Notes: generated from the letters alone by a model not told the origin. 64,000 bases of DNA from Candidatus Krumholzibacteriia bacterium (GCA_041484665.1 JBGPIA010000010.1:96001-160000), one strand, 5' to 3'; positions 38,248 to 47,757 are shown, counted from the stretch's first letter. Made by a program: numbers and translations.

Positions 38248-39318
38248 TCACTCCTTTCGCGCCGCCGGGCCGCCGGCGCCCTCCAGCGCCGCCAGCGTGC
38301 GCGTCGCCGGGTTGCCGGCCAAGGTCAGCAGCAGCGCGCGCTGGGCGTGCAGTCGGTTCTCTGCCTGATCGACCACCGCGCTGCAGGGGCCGTCGAGCAC
38401 CTCGTCATCGATCTCTACGTTGCGGCGCACGGGCAGGCAATGCAGGACGCTGGCGCGGCCATCGCGCGTGGTACGCAGGCGGCTCGCCGTCAGGCGCCAG
38501 CCGCGCAACGAAGCCTTCTGGGCCGCCTCCGCGTCCGGGCGGCCGAAGCAGGCGAGCGAGCCCCATGCCTTGGGATAGACCGCATCGGCGCCTTGCAGGG
38601 CGGCCTCGGGGTCGGCGGTCACGGCGAGCCCGCCACCGTGCGCCTCGGCCACGCGGCGGATGAGATCGGTGTCGCTGGGATCGAGGTCGAAGCCCTCGGG
38701 CCGCGCGATCACGACCTCCATCCCCAGGCGCGCCGCGGCCAGCGCGGCGCTGGCCGGCACCGCCGTGGGCAGCGACTTGGGGTGCCACGTCCACAGCAGC
38801 ACGAAGCGCCGCCCGCGCGTGCTGCCGAGCTTCTCGCGCAAGGTCATGGCATCGGCAAGCGCCTGGCAGGGATGGCGGCGCGCCGATTCCAGGTTGATCA
38901 CCGGCTTCTCGCAGTGGCGGGCGAAGCTGCGCACGATGGCGTCGCGGCGGGCCGTCGCCCAGTCGCCGCCGCGGGGGAAACTGCGCACGCCGAGCACATC
39001 GGCGTAGCGCCCGAGCACCCGCGCGGCCTCGACGATGTGCTCGACGGTGGCGCCGTCCATCATGGCGTTGGGCTCGGTCTCGAGCGCCCAGCTTCCGTTG
39101 CCCGGCTCCAACACGATCGCGTGGCCGCCGTGCAGGAACATGGCCGCCTCGAAGCTGGCGCGCGTGCGCAGCGAGGGGTCCATGAACACCAGCGCCATCA
39201 CCTTGCGCTCGAGGCCGCCCTGCACCTCGCCGCGCTTGACGCGCGCTGCCAGAGAGAGCAACGACTCGATCTCCTCGTCGCGCCAGTCCTCCAGCGCCAG
39301 GAAATCGCGTTTGGTCAT
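38248..39318 (-). CDS. argF: N-acyl (acetyl/succinyl)-ornithine carbamoyltransferase, ArgF' type
   Basis: PSLRT, HPCQ, TWHPKSLP, HCLPVRRN, typical of AOTCase/SOTCase rather than classical OTCase. Confidence 0.92.
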   Translation of the reverse strand: MTKRDFLALEDWRDEEIESLLSLAARVKRGEVQGGLERKVMALVFMDPSLRTRASFEAAMFLHGGHAIVLEPGNGSWALETEPNAMMDGATVEHIVEAARVLGRYADVLGVRSFPRGGDWATARRDAIVRSFARHCEKPVINLESARRHPCQALADAMTLREKLGSTRGRRFVLLWTWHPKSLPTAVPASAALAAARLGMEVVIARPEGFDLDPSDTDLIRRVAEAHGGGLAVTADPEAALQGADAVYPKAWGSLACFGRPDAEAAQKASLRGWRLTASRLRTTRDGRASVLHCLPVRRNVEIDDEVLDGPCSAVVDQAENRLHAQRALLLTLAGNPATRTLAALEGAGGPAARKE

Positions 39319-39334
39319 GGCGGGCCTCCAACGG

Positions 39335-40357
39335 TCAGCACGGGAACATCCCTGCGGCGCGCAGCCCTTCGCCTTCGGGGAGGCCCAGCGCGAGGTTCAT
39401 GGCCTGCACGGCCTGCCCGCCTGCGCCCTTCACGAGGTTGTCGATGGCAACCATCACCTGCACCTCCGCGCCATCGCCGGTGGCCGCCGCGTGCAGCAGC
39501 GCGACGTTGGTGCCGACGGCGTGGGTGAGCTCGGGCGGCTGATCCAGCACGCGCACGAACGGGCGGTCCTCGTAGGCGCGGCGGTACAACGCGACGGGAT
39601 CGCCGCCTGGCTTGAGGCGCGCGTGCAGCGTCAGATGGATTCCACGCACGAACGGCCCAGAATGAGCCAGCAGCCGCGCCGTGGCTGCGGCACGGCCGGT
39701 CCACGCGCGCCATTGCTGGAGGATCTCCGCCTCGTGGCGGTGGCCCAAGACCGAGTAGGCGAAGATGTTGTGCGCGCGCGTGGGGTGATGCGTGGTGGTC
39801 TTGGGCGTGGCTCCCGATCCGCTGCTACCGGTGATGCCGAACAGCGCGGGCTCTCCCAGCAGCGGCGCCTTGGCCAAGGGGAAGAGCGCCAGCAGCGCAG
39901 CGGTGGCGAAGCAGCCCGGGGCGGCGATCGCGCGGGCGCCGCGCAGCCGCTCGCCCGCAACATCGGCCAGCCCATAGGTGAAGCGCGGCACGAGCTGCGG
40001 GCAGGTGTGCTGGCCGTAGAAGCGCTCGTAGAGGCCCAGGTCCTGTACGCGGAAGTCGGCGGCCAGGTCCACGACCAGCCCCGGCGCGGCGGCGAGCACC
40101 TCCGCCGCCAGACGCGAGGACTCACCGTGCTCCAGCGCCAGAAACACGACGTCCTGACCGGCCGCTGCCTGGGCCGGCGACGCGCCGGTGAAGCAGGCGT
40201 CGGTCAGTGCGGCCAGCCCGGGGTGGACCGTGGCCAGCGGCCGCCCTGCCTGGCTGCGACTGGTCGCGACGCACTCGGTCACCCGCGGGTGTGAGAGCAG
40301 CAGTCGTAACAGCTCGCCCCCGGCGTACCCGGCGGCGCCGATCACCGTGGCCTTCAC
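39335..40357 (-). CDS. argC: N-acetyl-gamma-glutamyl-phosphate reductase
   Basis: GAAGYAGGEL, DLAADFR, PGCF, IDNLVKGAGGQA. Confidence 0.95.
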   Translation of the reverse strand: MKATVIGAAGYAGGELLRLLLSHPRVTECVATSRSQAGRPLATVHPGLAALTDACFTGASPAQAAAGQDVVFLALEHGESSRLAAEVLAAAPGLVVDLAADFRVQDLGLYERFYGQHTCPQLVPRFTYGLADVAGERLRGARAIAAPGCFATAALLALFPLAKAPLLGEPALFGITGSSGSGATPKTTTHHPTRAHNIFAYSVLGHRHEAEILQQWRAWTGRAAATARLLAHSGPFVRGIHLTLHARLKPGGDPVALYRRAYEDRPFVRVLDQPPELTHAVGTNVALLHAAATGDGAEVQVMVAIDNLVKGAGGQAVQAMNLALGLPEGEGLRAAGMFPC

Positions 40358-41481
40358 GAGGTCGCCTCCAGCGTGCCCCCGGGGTCCGCGGAGCTGTGCG
40401 CCGGCGCGGCGCCCCCGGTGTAGGCCGCGAGCGCCGCGAGCACCACGTGCACCAGCCTCGCGGGCTCGCGCCGCGCGTTGCACGCGGGCAGGCCGAGCTC
40501 GGCGCGGACGTAATCGCGGCCAACCTCGTTGTCGGTGGCCGGGCCGGTCATCACGGTAACCGGCAGGCCGAACCGGCCGCGGTAGATCTGCAGGGCGCCC
40601 CAGCAACCCACCGGATCGGGGGCCGCCAGCACGTGCGCGGCGCCCAGCGCCATCAGCGACGGATCCAGCAAGATGTCCTGGACGCCGTACTCGCCGAGAA
40701 TCCCGTCACCCAGCTCGGCGACGATGGCGTCGGGGCGGCGGCTGCTGACTGCGGCGAGCCGGTTGAGGATGCCCTTGGCCAGCGGCACGGTCATCCCGGC
40801 GTGGGTACTGGGCGCGCCGGCATCATTGAAGGTGAGTGCCTCGACCGCTCCGGCATCCAGCATCGACAGCGTGTCCCGCATGAGCGAGACGCCCGTGAGC
40901 TTGCACGCCGCCACGCGCAGACCGGCGCGCGTGAGGCCGCGCACGAGCTCGGTGGCAGCCACGGTCTTGCCGGCGTTCATGCAGGTGCCCGCCACGTAGA
41001 CCACCGGCACCGTGCAGTCCAGCACCTCCGCGGGCGGCACGGCGTGGTCGGCGATCGTCGCGGGCCGTCCGATTCGATCGCTCAAGTCGGGGAAGGCGAG
41101 GATCGCCCCCAGGACCTCGGCGCGAAACGGCGAGCCCAGCTCCGCGCTGGCGGACGTGCAGCGGCCCAGGATCCCGCCCAGATTGAGCACGTCGAGCACG
41201 TCGCCCACGGCGATATGGGAGGGGACCTCGCCGGCGTAGCCGCGCAGCGCGCGCCGGCTGCCCAACGTCCCGGCCAGCACGTCGCCCGCGCGCAGCGAGA
41301 CCATCCGGCCCGACAGATCCTCCACCGTGTTGTAGGTGGACTTGTCCTCGAGGATGCGCACGGCGAGCACGTAGCCCGCGGCGGCGTTGATCTCGTCCCC
41401 CACGATCACCTCGCGGGTCAGGCGCGCGTTGCGCGTCGAGGAGGAGATGCGGTCCAGCCGCAGGCGCGTCGTGGTCAGCAT
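40354..41481 (-). CDS. DUF1611-like P-loop protein inside the arg operon
   Basis: VAGTCMNAGKT, AACKLTG, DAG..ST, ELGDG; overlaps the argG stop and the argC start. Confidence 0.8.
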   Translation of the reverse strand: MLTTTRLRLDRISSSTRNARLTREVIVGDEINAAAGYVLAVRILEDKSTYNTVEDLSGRMVSLRAGDVLAGTLGSRRALRGYAGEVPSHIAVGDVLDVLNLGGILGRCTSASAELGSPFRAEVLGAILAFPDLSDRIGRPATIADHAVPPAEVLDCTVPVVYVAGTCMNAGKTVAATELVRGLTRAGLRVAACKLTGVSLMRDTLSMLDAGAVEALTFNDAGAPSTHAGMTVPLAKGILNRLAAVSSRRPDAIVAELGDGILGEYGVQDILLDPSLMALGAAHVLAAPDPVGCWGALQIYRGRFGLPVTVMTGPATDNEVGRDYVRAELGLPACNARREPARLVHVVLAALAAYTGGAAPAHSSADPGGTLEATS

Positions 41482-42716
41482 GGACGTCCTTCCGCGGCGC
41501 GCGCGGCCAACAGCGACGGGATCGCGGCGACGCGGGCGAAGGCGCGCGCTTCCGCGCCGGTCCACAGCCGGTTCTCTTCCCCGTAAGTGGCCACCGCGGG
41601 ATCCATCATGGAGTGCGGACTGCGCACGCCGACCACCTGGAAGCGGCCGGGCGACAGCCGTACGCGCGTCTCGCCGGTGACGCGCGCCTGGGAGCTCTCG
41701 ATCAGCGCCTCGATGTCGCGCAGCGCCGGGTCGAAATACTGCCCCTCGTGCAGCCGGTCGCCGTAGAAGCGGCCGAGCTGCTCCTTCCAGAAAACCTGCC
41801 AGCGCGTGAGCACGAGCTTCTCCAGCTCGCGGTGCGCCGCGATCAGCAGCACCGCCGCGCCCGCCGCGAACCCGATGCGCCCCTTGATGCCCAGCGCGGT
41901 CTCGCCCAGGTGGATCCCCCGGCCCACGCCGTAGGCATCGGCCAGCTCACCCAGCGCCTCGACCAGCGCGGGGCCCGTGAGTGGCGCGCTGTCCAGCGCC
42001 ACGGGCAGCCCTCGCTCCCAGCGCAGGTGGATCTCCCGCGGCGGCGGAGCGTCGGCCGGCGGATCGAGCAGCTCCGGCGGCGGGCCAGCCCAGGGATCGT
42101 GCGTCCAGCCTCCGCCCCAAGTCGTCCCCCACAGGCCGCGGTTGATGGAGTAGGCAGCGGCCTTCTGCGGCACCGGCAGCCCGCGCGCCTGCAGCTCGGC
42201 GATCGCCTGCTCGCGGCGCACTCCGGCATCGCGGATGGGCGTGAGGATCTGCAGGTCCGGCGCCAGCACCCGCAGCGCGACGTCGAACCGGATCTGGTCG
42301 TTGCCGGCTCCGGTGGAGCCATGGGCGACGGCGCTCGCGCCGATCTCCCGCGCGACGGCGACCACCGAGAGGGCCTGCTGGGTGCGCTCGGCGGCGACGG
42401 ACAGCGGGTAGACCTCGCCGCGCAGCACGTTGCCCTGGATGAGGAAGCGGACGAAGCGGTCGTACACCGCCGCGCGGGCATCGACCTGGTGGTGCTCGCG
42501 CGCACCGACCGCCAGCGCTTGGCGGCGGATGGCGTCGCGGTCGCTGGCGCCGCTGCCGCCCGTGTCGACGTAGACGGTGTGGACAGCCCACCCGGCCTCG
42601 GCCAGGCGGGGCACGCAGTAGGAGGTGTCCAGGCCGCCCGAGAACGCCAGGGCCACCTTGGGTGGCTCCGCCGGGCGGGGGGCGGCGCCGTCGTGGGTTT
42701 CGGATGGATTCTGCAT
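41475..42716 (-). CDS. argG: argininosuccinate synthase
   Basis: AFSGGLDTS, HGSTGAGNDQIRF, GIKGR. Confidence 0.95.
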   Translation of the reverse strand: MQNPSETHDGAAPRPAEPPKVALAFSGGLDTSYCVPRLAEAGWAVHTVYVDTGGSGASDRDAIRRQALAVGAREHHQVDARAAVYDRFVRFLIQGNVLRGEVYPLSVAAERTQQALSVVAVAREIGASAVAHGSTGAGNDQIRFDVALRVLAPDLQILTPIRDAGVRREQAIAELQARGLPVPQKAAAYSINRGLWGTTWGGGWTHDPWAGPPPELLDPPADAPPPREIHLRWERGLPVALDSAPLTGPALVEALGELADAYGVGRGIHLGETALGIKGRIGFAAGAAVLLIAAHRELEKLVLTRWQVFWKEQLGRFYGDRLHEGQYFDPALRDIEALIESSQARVTGETRVRLSPGRFQVVGVRSPHSMMDPAVATYGEENRLWTGAEARAFARVAAIPSLLAARAAEGRPC

Positions 42717-42734
42717 GATGCATAGTTATGCAAG
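42717..42734. promoter_or_regulatory. ARG box (ArgR operator)
   Basis: TGCATAGTTATGCA near-palindrome at 42719-42732, directly upstream of argG; argR is in the operon. Confidence 0.8.
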
Positions 42735-42792
42735 AATCCAGCCGGAAGCGCAAGGGGCAATCGTGGGCAATCGTGAACTCACCCGCGTGCGG

Positions 42793-43500
42793 TCAGCCGG
42801 CCTGCGCCGCCGCGCGCACGAACGCCGTCACCAGAGGGTGCGCGCGTCCTTGCAACGCTGCGCGCTCGGGCTGGAAGAGCGTCGCAACGAAGAAGGGATG
42901 CCCGTCCAGCTCGACGGCCCGCGTCTCGCCCACCGCGTCGACCGCGGCCACCCGCAGCGGCCCTGCGTCGAACCAGGCAGCGTAGCGCGGATCGAGCCCG
43001 AAGCTGCAATGGTAGCCCTCGACGGCCTCGGCGCAGCCGTAGATCGCGCGCAGGCGCGAGCGGTCGCGCAACCGGATCCGCCCCGTCTGCTCCACGAGCG
43101 GGCAGGCCAGCGGCGTGATCAAGGCCACTGCCGCGCCAGGGTTGGACTCGGCGTGATCAGCTTGCGCGTGGCACAGCACGTTGCGGGCGAACTCGATCAT
43201 TGCGTGCTGGAAGCCGCCGCAAGTGCCCAGGAACGGGCGCGGCTCCTCGCGGGCGAAGCGGATCGCGCGCAGTGCCCCGTCGAAGCTGGCGTAGGGGGTG
43301 GCCGGAACGCACCACAGTCCGGCATAGGAGGCGAGCTGCCGGCCAGCGTCGGTCCCGATCGTCGCGGTCCCGACCCAATCGGCCTCGACGGTGCACCCCG
43401 CCTGTTCCGCCGACAGCTCCAGCGCCCGCGGGATGGCCTGGTGGGCGAGGACCTGCGGATCGTGGTCACCGATGAGGGCGATGCGGAGGGTGGCGGGCAT
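42793..43500 (-). CDS. stand-alone CTP synthase glutaminase-domain-like protein
   Basis: IALIGD, LGTCGGFQH, YHCSFG, FQPE in place of FHPE. Confidence 0.85.
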   Translation of the reverse strand: MPATLRIALIGDHDPQVLAHQAIPRALELSAEQAGCTVEADWVGTATIGTDAGRQLASYAGLWCVPATPYASFDGALRAIRFAREEPRPFLGTCGGFQHAMIEFARNVLCHAQADHAESNPGAAVALITPLACPLVEQTGRIRLRDRSRLRAIYGCAEAVEGYHCSFGLDPRYAAWFDAGPLRVAAVDAVGETRAVELDGHPFFVATLFQPERAALQGRAHPLVTAFVRAAAQAG

Positions 43501-43751
43501 CGTGGACCGTCTTGCGGGCGGGGGTTGTCGCCGCCGCGCGAGCGCGCCGGCGCGCGGCGTCGTGCGCAACGGAGCCGGGTGCAACGCAGCCGGGCGCGGC
43601 GGCGAGCGGCGCGGCCAGTGTACAAGATCGGGGGGAAACTGGCCCGTTCTTGCGTCTTACTCCAGGGAGGCGGCCACGCGCGCCGGCACGTCGCCGCCCG
43701 GCGGGAGCTCGTCCCGCCCGATTCCAGGGGTCCAGGCACAAGGAGGCGCTC

Positions 43752-44633
43752 ATGGCGAAGAAGGCAGTGGTGGTCGGGATCAACCAGTACGCGAACGCCA
43801 ACGGTCTGCGCGGGTGCGTGAACGACGCCATCGACATGCACCTGCTGCTGCGCACCGCGTTTGGGTTTCAGAGCAAGGACATCCGGGTCGTCACCGATGA
43901 CCGGGCCACCAAGGAGGGCATCCTGCGCCGGCTGCGCTGGCTGGTGCGGGGGGCGCAGGCGGGCGATGCGCTGATCTTCCACTATTCGGGGCACGGCTCG
44001 CAGATCCGCGACCGCGACGGCGACGAGCTTACCGACCATCTGGACGAGCTGATCTGTCCCCACGACATGGACTGGGACGGCACCTACATCACCGATGACG
44101 ACCTCCACAAGATCTTCTCCGGCCTGCCGGCCGGCGTGCTGCTGGAGGTGTTCTTGGACTCCTGCCATTCGGGCACCGGGCTGCGCGATCTCGGTTTGCA
44201 GCCGCCGCCCGAGCTGGCGCCGCCGCCGCAGCTGCGCAACCGCTTCCTGCCCCCGCCCGTGGACATCCAGCTGCGCCTCACCGGTGAGGAGGACCAGGTC
44301 AAGCTCACGAAGCTCATGGGCCGCGCGGGCGGACCCGTTAAGAACCAAATCCTGTGGGCCGGCTGCAAGGACAACCAGACCAGCGCCGACGACCTGATCA
44401 ACGGGGCGTGGCGCGGCGCGTTCACGTACTACCTGACGTACCACCTGCGCCGCGATCCAGCCGGGTCGCGAGGCGAGCTGATCAAGCGCGTGCGGCTGTC
44501 GCTCAGCCAGCACGGGTACGCGCAGACGCCGCAGCTGGAGATCGACGCCACCCAGCGTGACCGCGGCTTCAGCGAGCCCGCGAAAGCGCTCGGCAAGGAG
44601 ACGCTGCCCCGCACGATGAAGGGACGCGCGTAG
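43752..44633 (+). CDS. caspase family (C14, metacaspase-like) protease
   Basis: VGINQY, LRGCVNDA, HYSGHG, DSCHSG dyad, GAFT, QTPQL; AGGAGG RBS. Confidence 0.93.
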   Translation: MAKKAVVVGINQYANANGLRGCVNDAIDMHLLLRTAFGFQSKDIRVVTDDRATKEGILRRLRWLVRGAQAGDALIFHYSGHGSQIRDRDGDELTDHLDELICPHDMDWDGTYITDDDLHKIFSGLPAGVLLEVFLDSCHSGTGLRDLGLQPPPELAPPPQLRNRFLPPPVDIQLRLTGEEDQVKLTKLMGRAGGPVKNQILWAGCKDNQTSADDLINGAWRGAFTYYLTYHLRRDPAGSRGELIKRVRLSLSQHGYAQTPQLEIDATQRDRGFSEPAKALGKETLPRTMKGRA

Positions 44634-44713
44634 CGACCGTCGTTTTGGGGGCGAGTCGGGACTCGGGGACGGGTGCGCCGCCGGGGCCGCGGCAGCCGCC
44701 CGGCTCCGACGGG

Positions 44714-46138
44714 CTACCCCGCCTGGGCGGCCGCGCCGGCCAAGCTCTCGGCGAAGGCGCGCGCCTGGGCGGCGATCTCGGGGACCGCTGTGGTTTCCCA
44801 CAGGAGCGGCCGGCGCGCCGGCCCCAGTACGTAGAGCGACGCGTGCACGCGGCCGTCGGCCCGCACGGCGTTGCCGCAGCCGGCCGTCTGCAGCCCCAGC
44901 TGCAACGGATCCTGTGCCAGCAGCCCCCGCTGCAACATGCGGCGCACGAGCGGGTCGCCGGCACGCTGCAGGTTAAAGTCGGGCCCCGTGCAGTTGACCA
45001 GGCGCGACGCGGTATGCAGGCGCGGCTGGCGCTGCCCGCGCGGCAGCAGCTGCAGCGCGAGTGCCAGGCCGTCGCGCTGCACGCGCAGCAGCCGGGCCGC
45101 GCACACAGCGAGCGCGCCGGACGCGCACAGCGCCTGGACGCGAGCGGTCGCCTCGGGCGCCATGCGGTGGCGGTGGGCCTCCCAGAAGGGCCGTAGGTGC
45201 TCGAGGAACTGGCGGCGGCGCCGGGCATCGAGGCGTTGCCACAGCTCCGCGGTGCGCGGCCGTAGCGCGTCGAGCACGCTCTGCCACGGCGCGCCAGCCG
45301 CAGCGGCGCGGCGGACCTCCGCGCGCAGCGCAGAGACCCACGCGGCGAGCGAATCCCGCGCGGCGGGCTCGAAGGCTAGACGCCACGCCGGCGCAGGGGC
45401 GGTGGTGTGCGCGCGCGGGAGCAGGCCGTGCCGGGAGAAGGCCAGCAGCGCCCCGCGGTGCCCCTGCGCGCGCAGCTGCAGCACCACGTCGACCATTGTC
45501 AGGCCGGTTCCAACCAGCGCCACGCTCTCCTCTGGCATCACGTCCTGCAGGGCGCCGGGCGCCCACGGATCGGCGCAGAAGCGCGGATCCACCGCCAGGA
45601 ATGGGTCGTCCGGCAGCAGCACGCTGGGGCTGCCATGGCCGTTCGCAAGCACCACCACGTCGGCGGCAATCGGGGCAGTCTCGGCGAGCTGCACGACGAA
45701 ACCGCGTCTGCCCTCCAGCTCCAGGACGTCCTGCGCCTGCGCGTGGATCTGCTGGTAGCTGCCCGCGCGCTGCGCTGGCTCCGCGGTGCGGCGCAGCGTA
45801 TCGGCTACGTACTGGCCATAGAGTGCGCGCGGGAGGAACGAATAGGGCCCCACCGCGGGCCGGCGCGCCGCGGCCCAGCGCAGGAAGTGGTCGGGATCCT
45901 CGGGCAGTAGGCTCATGCGGGCGGCGGGGACGTTCAGCAGATGCTCCGCAGCATCGGTCCCGTACGCCACGCCGCGGCCCACACGCGGCGCCTGCTCGAG
46001 CAGCGTTACGCGTGGCGCGGTCCGCGCCGGCTGCCGTAGCAGATGGACCACCAGCGCGGCGCCGGTGAAGCCGCCACCCACCACCACCACGTGCGGCAGC
46101 CCGGCTGCGGCAGAGGACTCTGTTCTGGCGCGAAGCAT
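44714..46138 (-). CDS. FAD/NAD(P)-binding protein
   Basis: VVGGGFTG, GRGVAY, LLNVPAARMS, GTGLTMVD, WETTAVPE. Confidence 0.88.
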   Translation of the reverse strand: MLRARTESSAAAGLPHVVVVGGGFTGAALVVHLLRQPARTAPRVTLLEQAPRVGRGVAYGTDAAEHLLNVPAARMSLLPEDPDHFLRWAAARRPAVGPYSFLPRALYGQYVADTLRRTAEPAQRAGSYQQIHAQAQDVLELEGRRGFVVQLAETAPIAADVVVLANGHGSPSVLLPDDPFLAVDPRFCADPWAPGALQDVMPEESVALVGTGLTMVDVVLQLRAQGHRGALLAFSRHGLLPRAHTTAPAPAWRLAFEPAARDSLAAWVSALRAEVRRAAAAGAPWQSVLDALRPRTAELWQRLDARRRRQFLEHLRPFWEAHRHRMAPEATARVQALCASGALAVCAARLLRVQRDGLALALQLLPRGQRQPRLHTASRLVNCTGPDFNLQRAGDPLVRRMLQRGLLAQDPLQLGLQTAGCGNAVRADGRVHASLYVLGPARRPLLWETTAVPEIAAQARAFAESLAGAAAQAG

Positions 46139-46643
46139 CGATGCCTCCCGGGGGGTGCAGGTATGCCTCTGCGCAGGATGCGTGCCTTGCCCGCGCTGGT
46201 CACCGTCACACACATAACAAATTGTCAGATAACGAGTTGGTCCGTCCCAGTGAAATCGGGACGCCGGCCGGTTCGGGATGGACCACAGAATATGACTGAA
46301 AATCCATCCATTTTTGACTGAAATTGGCGAAACCGTCGCCCGGCGCCCCAATCCGATTGCAAGTCAACCATCACTTCTTACATAAGGAATCAGCCGCCAT
46401 CGCGCGAGGACGGGCCGGGACCACGGACGGGTGCTTGGTGGGGGGCAGGCTGGGCCAGGACGGGCGGGGGCTACGGGTGGGCCGGGCAGCTCCGACGCGA
46501 GAGTGCCGACTCGCAGTGTGGGGCGGTCCGAGCACCCGCGCGGCGCTCGAGGGGAGGTCTGCGCCGCTGCCGCGATCCGGCTTCGGCGCTTCCACGGCGA
46601 TCCGGCTTCGCCGCCTGCGGCCTCCGCGGCGGGCCGTGCTGAC

Positions 46644-47039
46644 TCAGCCGGCCAGCGGGCCGCCGCCCGGCTGCGAGATCCACCACTCGTAGCCATCGGG
46701 ATCGCTGAGCGTGCACTCGCGCGCGCCCAGGGGCGTCGTCTTGAGCGGGCCGACCGCGAGCTTCTTGCCGACCAGCTGCGCATGCAGGGCGTCGATGTCG
46801 TCGGGCTGGAGGTAGATGCAAAAGGTCTTGGGCGTCGAGGCAATGTCGCGTGCTTCCCCGTGCCCACCTCCCTCCTGCTGCAGCATCAGGAACGTCGACC
46901 CCGACCGCAGGCACGCCCAGACGAGCTGCCCCCCGGGCTTGTGGCTCTCGCAGACGGTGAACCCGAAAGCTTCCCGATAGTACGTGATGGAGCGCTGGAT
47001 GTCCGAGACCGCCAGGCTCGGGATGAGCTTGTTCAGCAT
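46644..47039 (-). CDS. VOC/glyoxalase family protein
   Basis: PSLAVSDIQRSITYY..FGF and DPDGY. Confidence 0.88.
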   Translation of the reverse strand: MLNKLIPSLAVSDIQRSITYYREAFGFTVCESHKPGGQLVWACLRSGSTFLMLQQEGGGHGEARDIASTPKTFCIYLQPDDIDALHAQLVGKKLAVGPLKTTPLGARECTLSDPDGYEWWISQPGGGPLAG

Positions 47040-47127
47040 GGCAGTGCCTCTTTGCGGCGCGGGCGGGGACCGCCCACGCGTCGATCCCGATGGGCTCGCG
47101 TTGCGCGCGCCACGAAGGTCGAGCTTC

Positions 47128-47757
47128 CTACCGTCCGCGCGCCGTGAGGCCGCGCCACAGGGCCAGCAGCCCGAACGCGGCGATGACCACGCCCGAGCCA
47201 CGATTCACCCAACGCAGACCGTGCAGGTCGAGCCGGCTACGCAAGGATGCTGCCAGGCCCGACAGGACCAGCCACCAGAGCGCCGATCCCAGGAACACAC
47301 CCAGGACCAGCGCGGCGGCCGCTGCGTAGCTGCCGCTGGCGGCGCCCAGGCCCAGCCCTGCGAAGACCGCGGCGAAGGAGAGGATCGTCATCGGGTTGGT
47401 GAGCGTCAGCAGGAACGTCGTTCCATACGCGCCCCACAGTCCCAGCCCGCGCGCCTCCGCCGCCCCGCCAGCGGGGGCAGCCGTGAACGTTCGCGCTCCA
47501 AGATAGCAGAGGAACGTCCCTCCGATGAGCCCCAGCCAGCGCTGCTGGGCGATCAGCGCGCTGGAGAGGACGCTCAGGCCGAAGCCGGCGATGCAGCCGT
47601 AGACTGCGTCCGCTGTGGCCGCTCCCAGCCCGCAGGCGAGGCCGGTGCTGCGGCCATCGGCAAGGGTGCGCCGGATGCAGAGCACGCCGATCGGCCCGAC
47701 CGGCGCGGCGATCGAGAATCCGATGACGAAGCCGCGCAGCAGGAACCCGAAGTCCAT
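47128..47757 (-). CDS. LysE family translocator
   Basis: IAAPVGPIG, GLGAATADA, TLTNPMTI, GVFLGSALWW. Confidence 0.92.
   Translation of the reverse strand: MDFGFLLRGFVIGFSIAAPVGPIGVLCIRRTLADGRSTGLACGLGAATADAVYGCIAGFGLSVLSSALIAQQRWLGLIGGTFLCYLGARTFTAAPAGGAAEARGLGLWGAYGTTFLLTLTNPMTILSFAAVFAGLGLGAASGSYAAAAALVLGVFLGSALWWLVLSGLAASLRSRLDLHGLRWVNRGSGVVIAAFGLLALWRGLTARGR

Noticed and set aside
34144..42716. LysW carrier-protein route as the explanation for the missing argA
   Set aside because: No ATP-grasp LysX/ArgX or small EDWGE-ending carrier is present, and ArgF' type implies N-acyl intermediates
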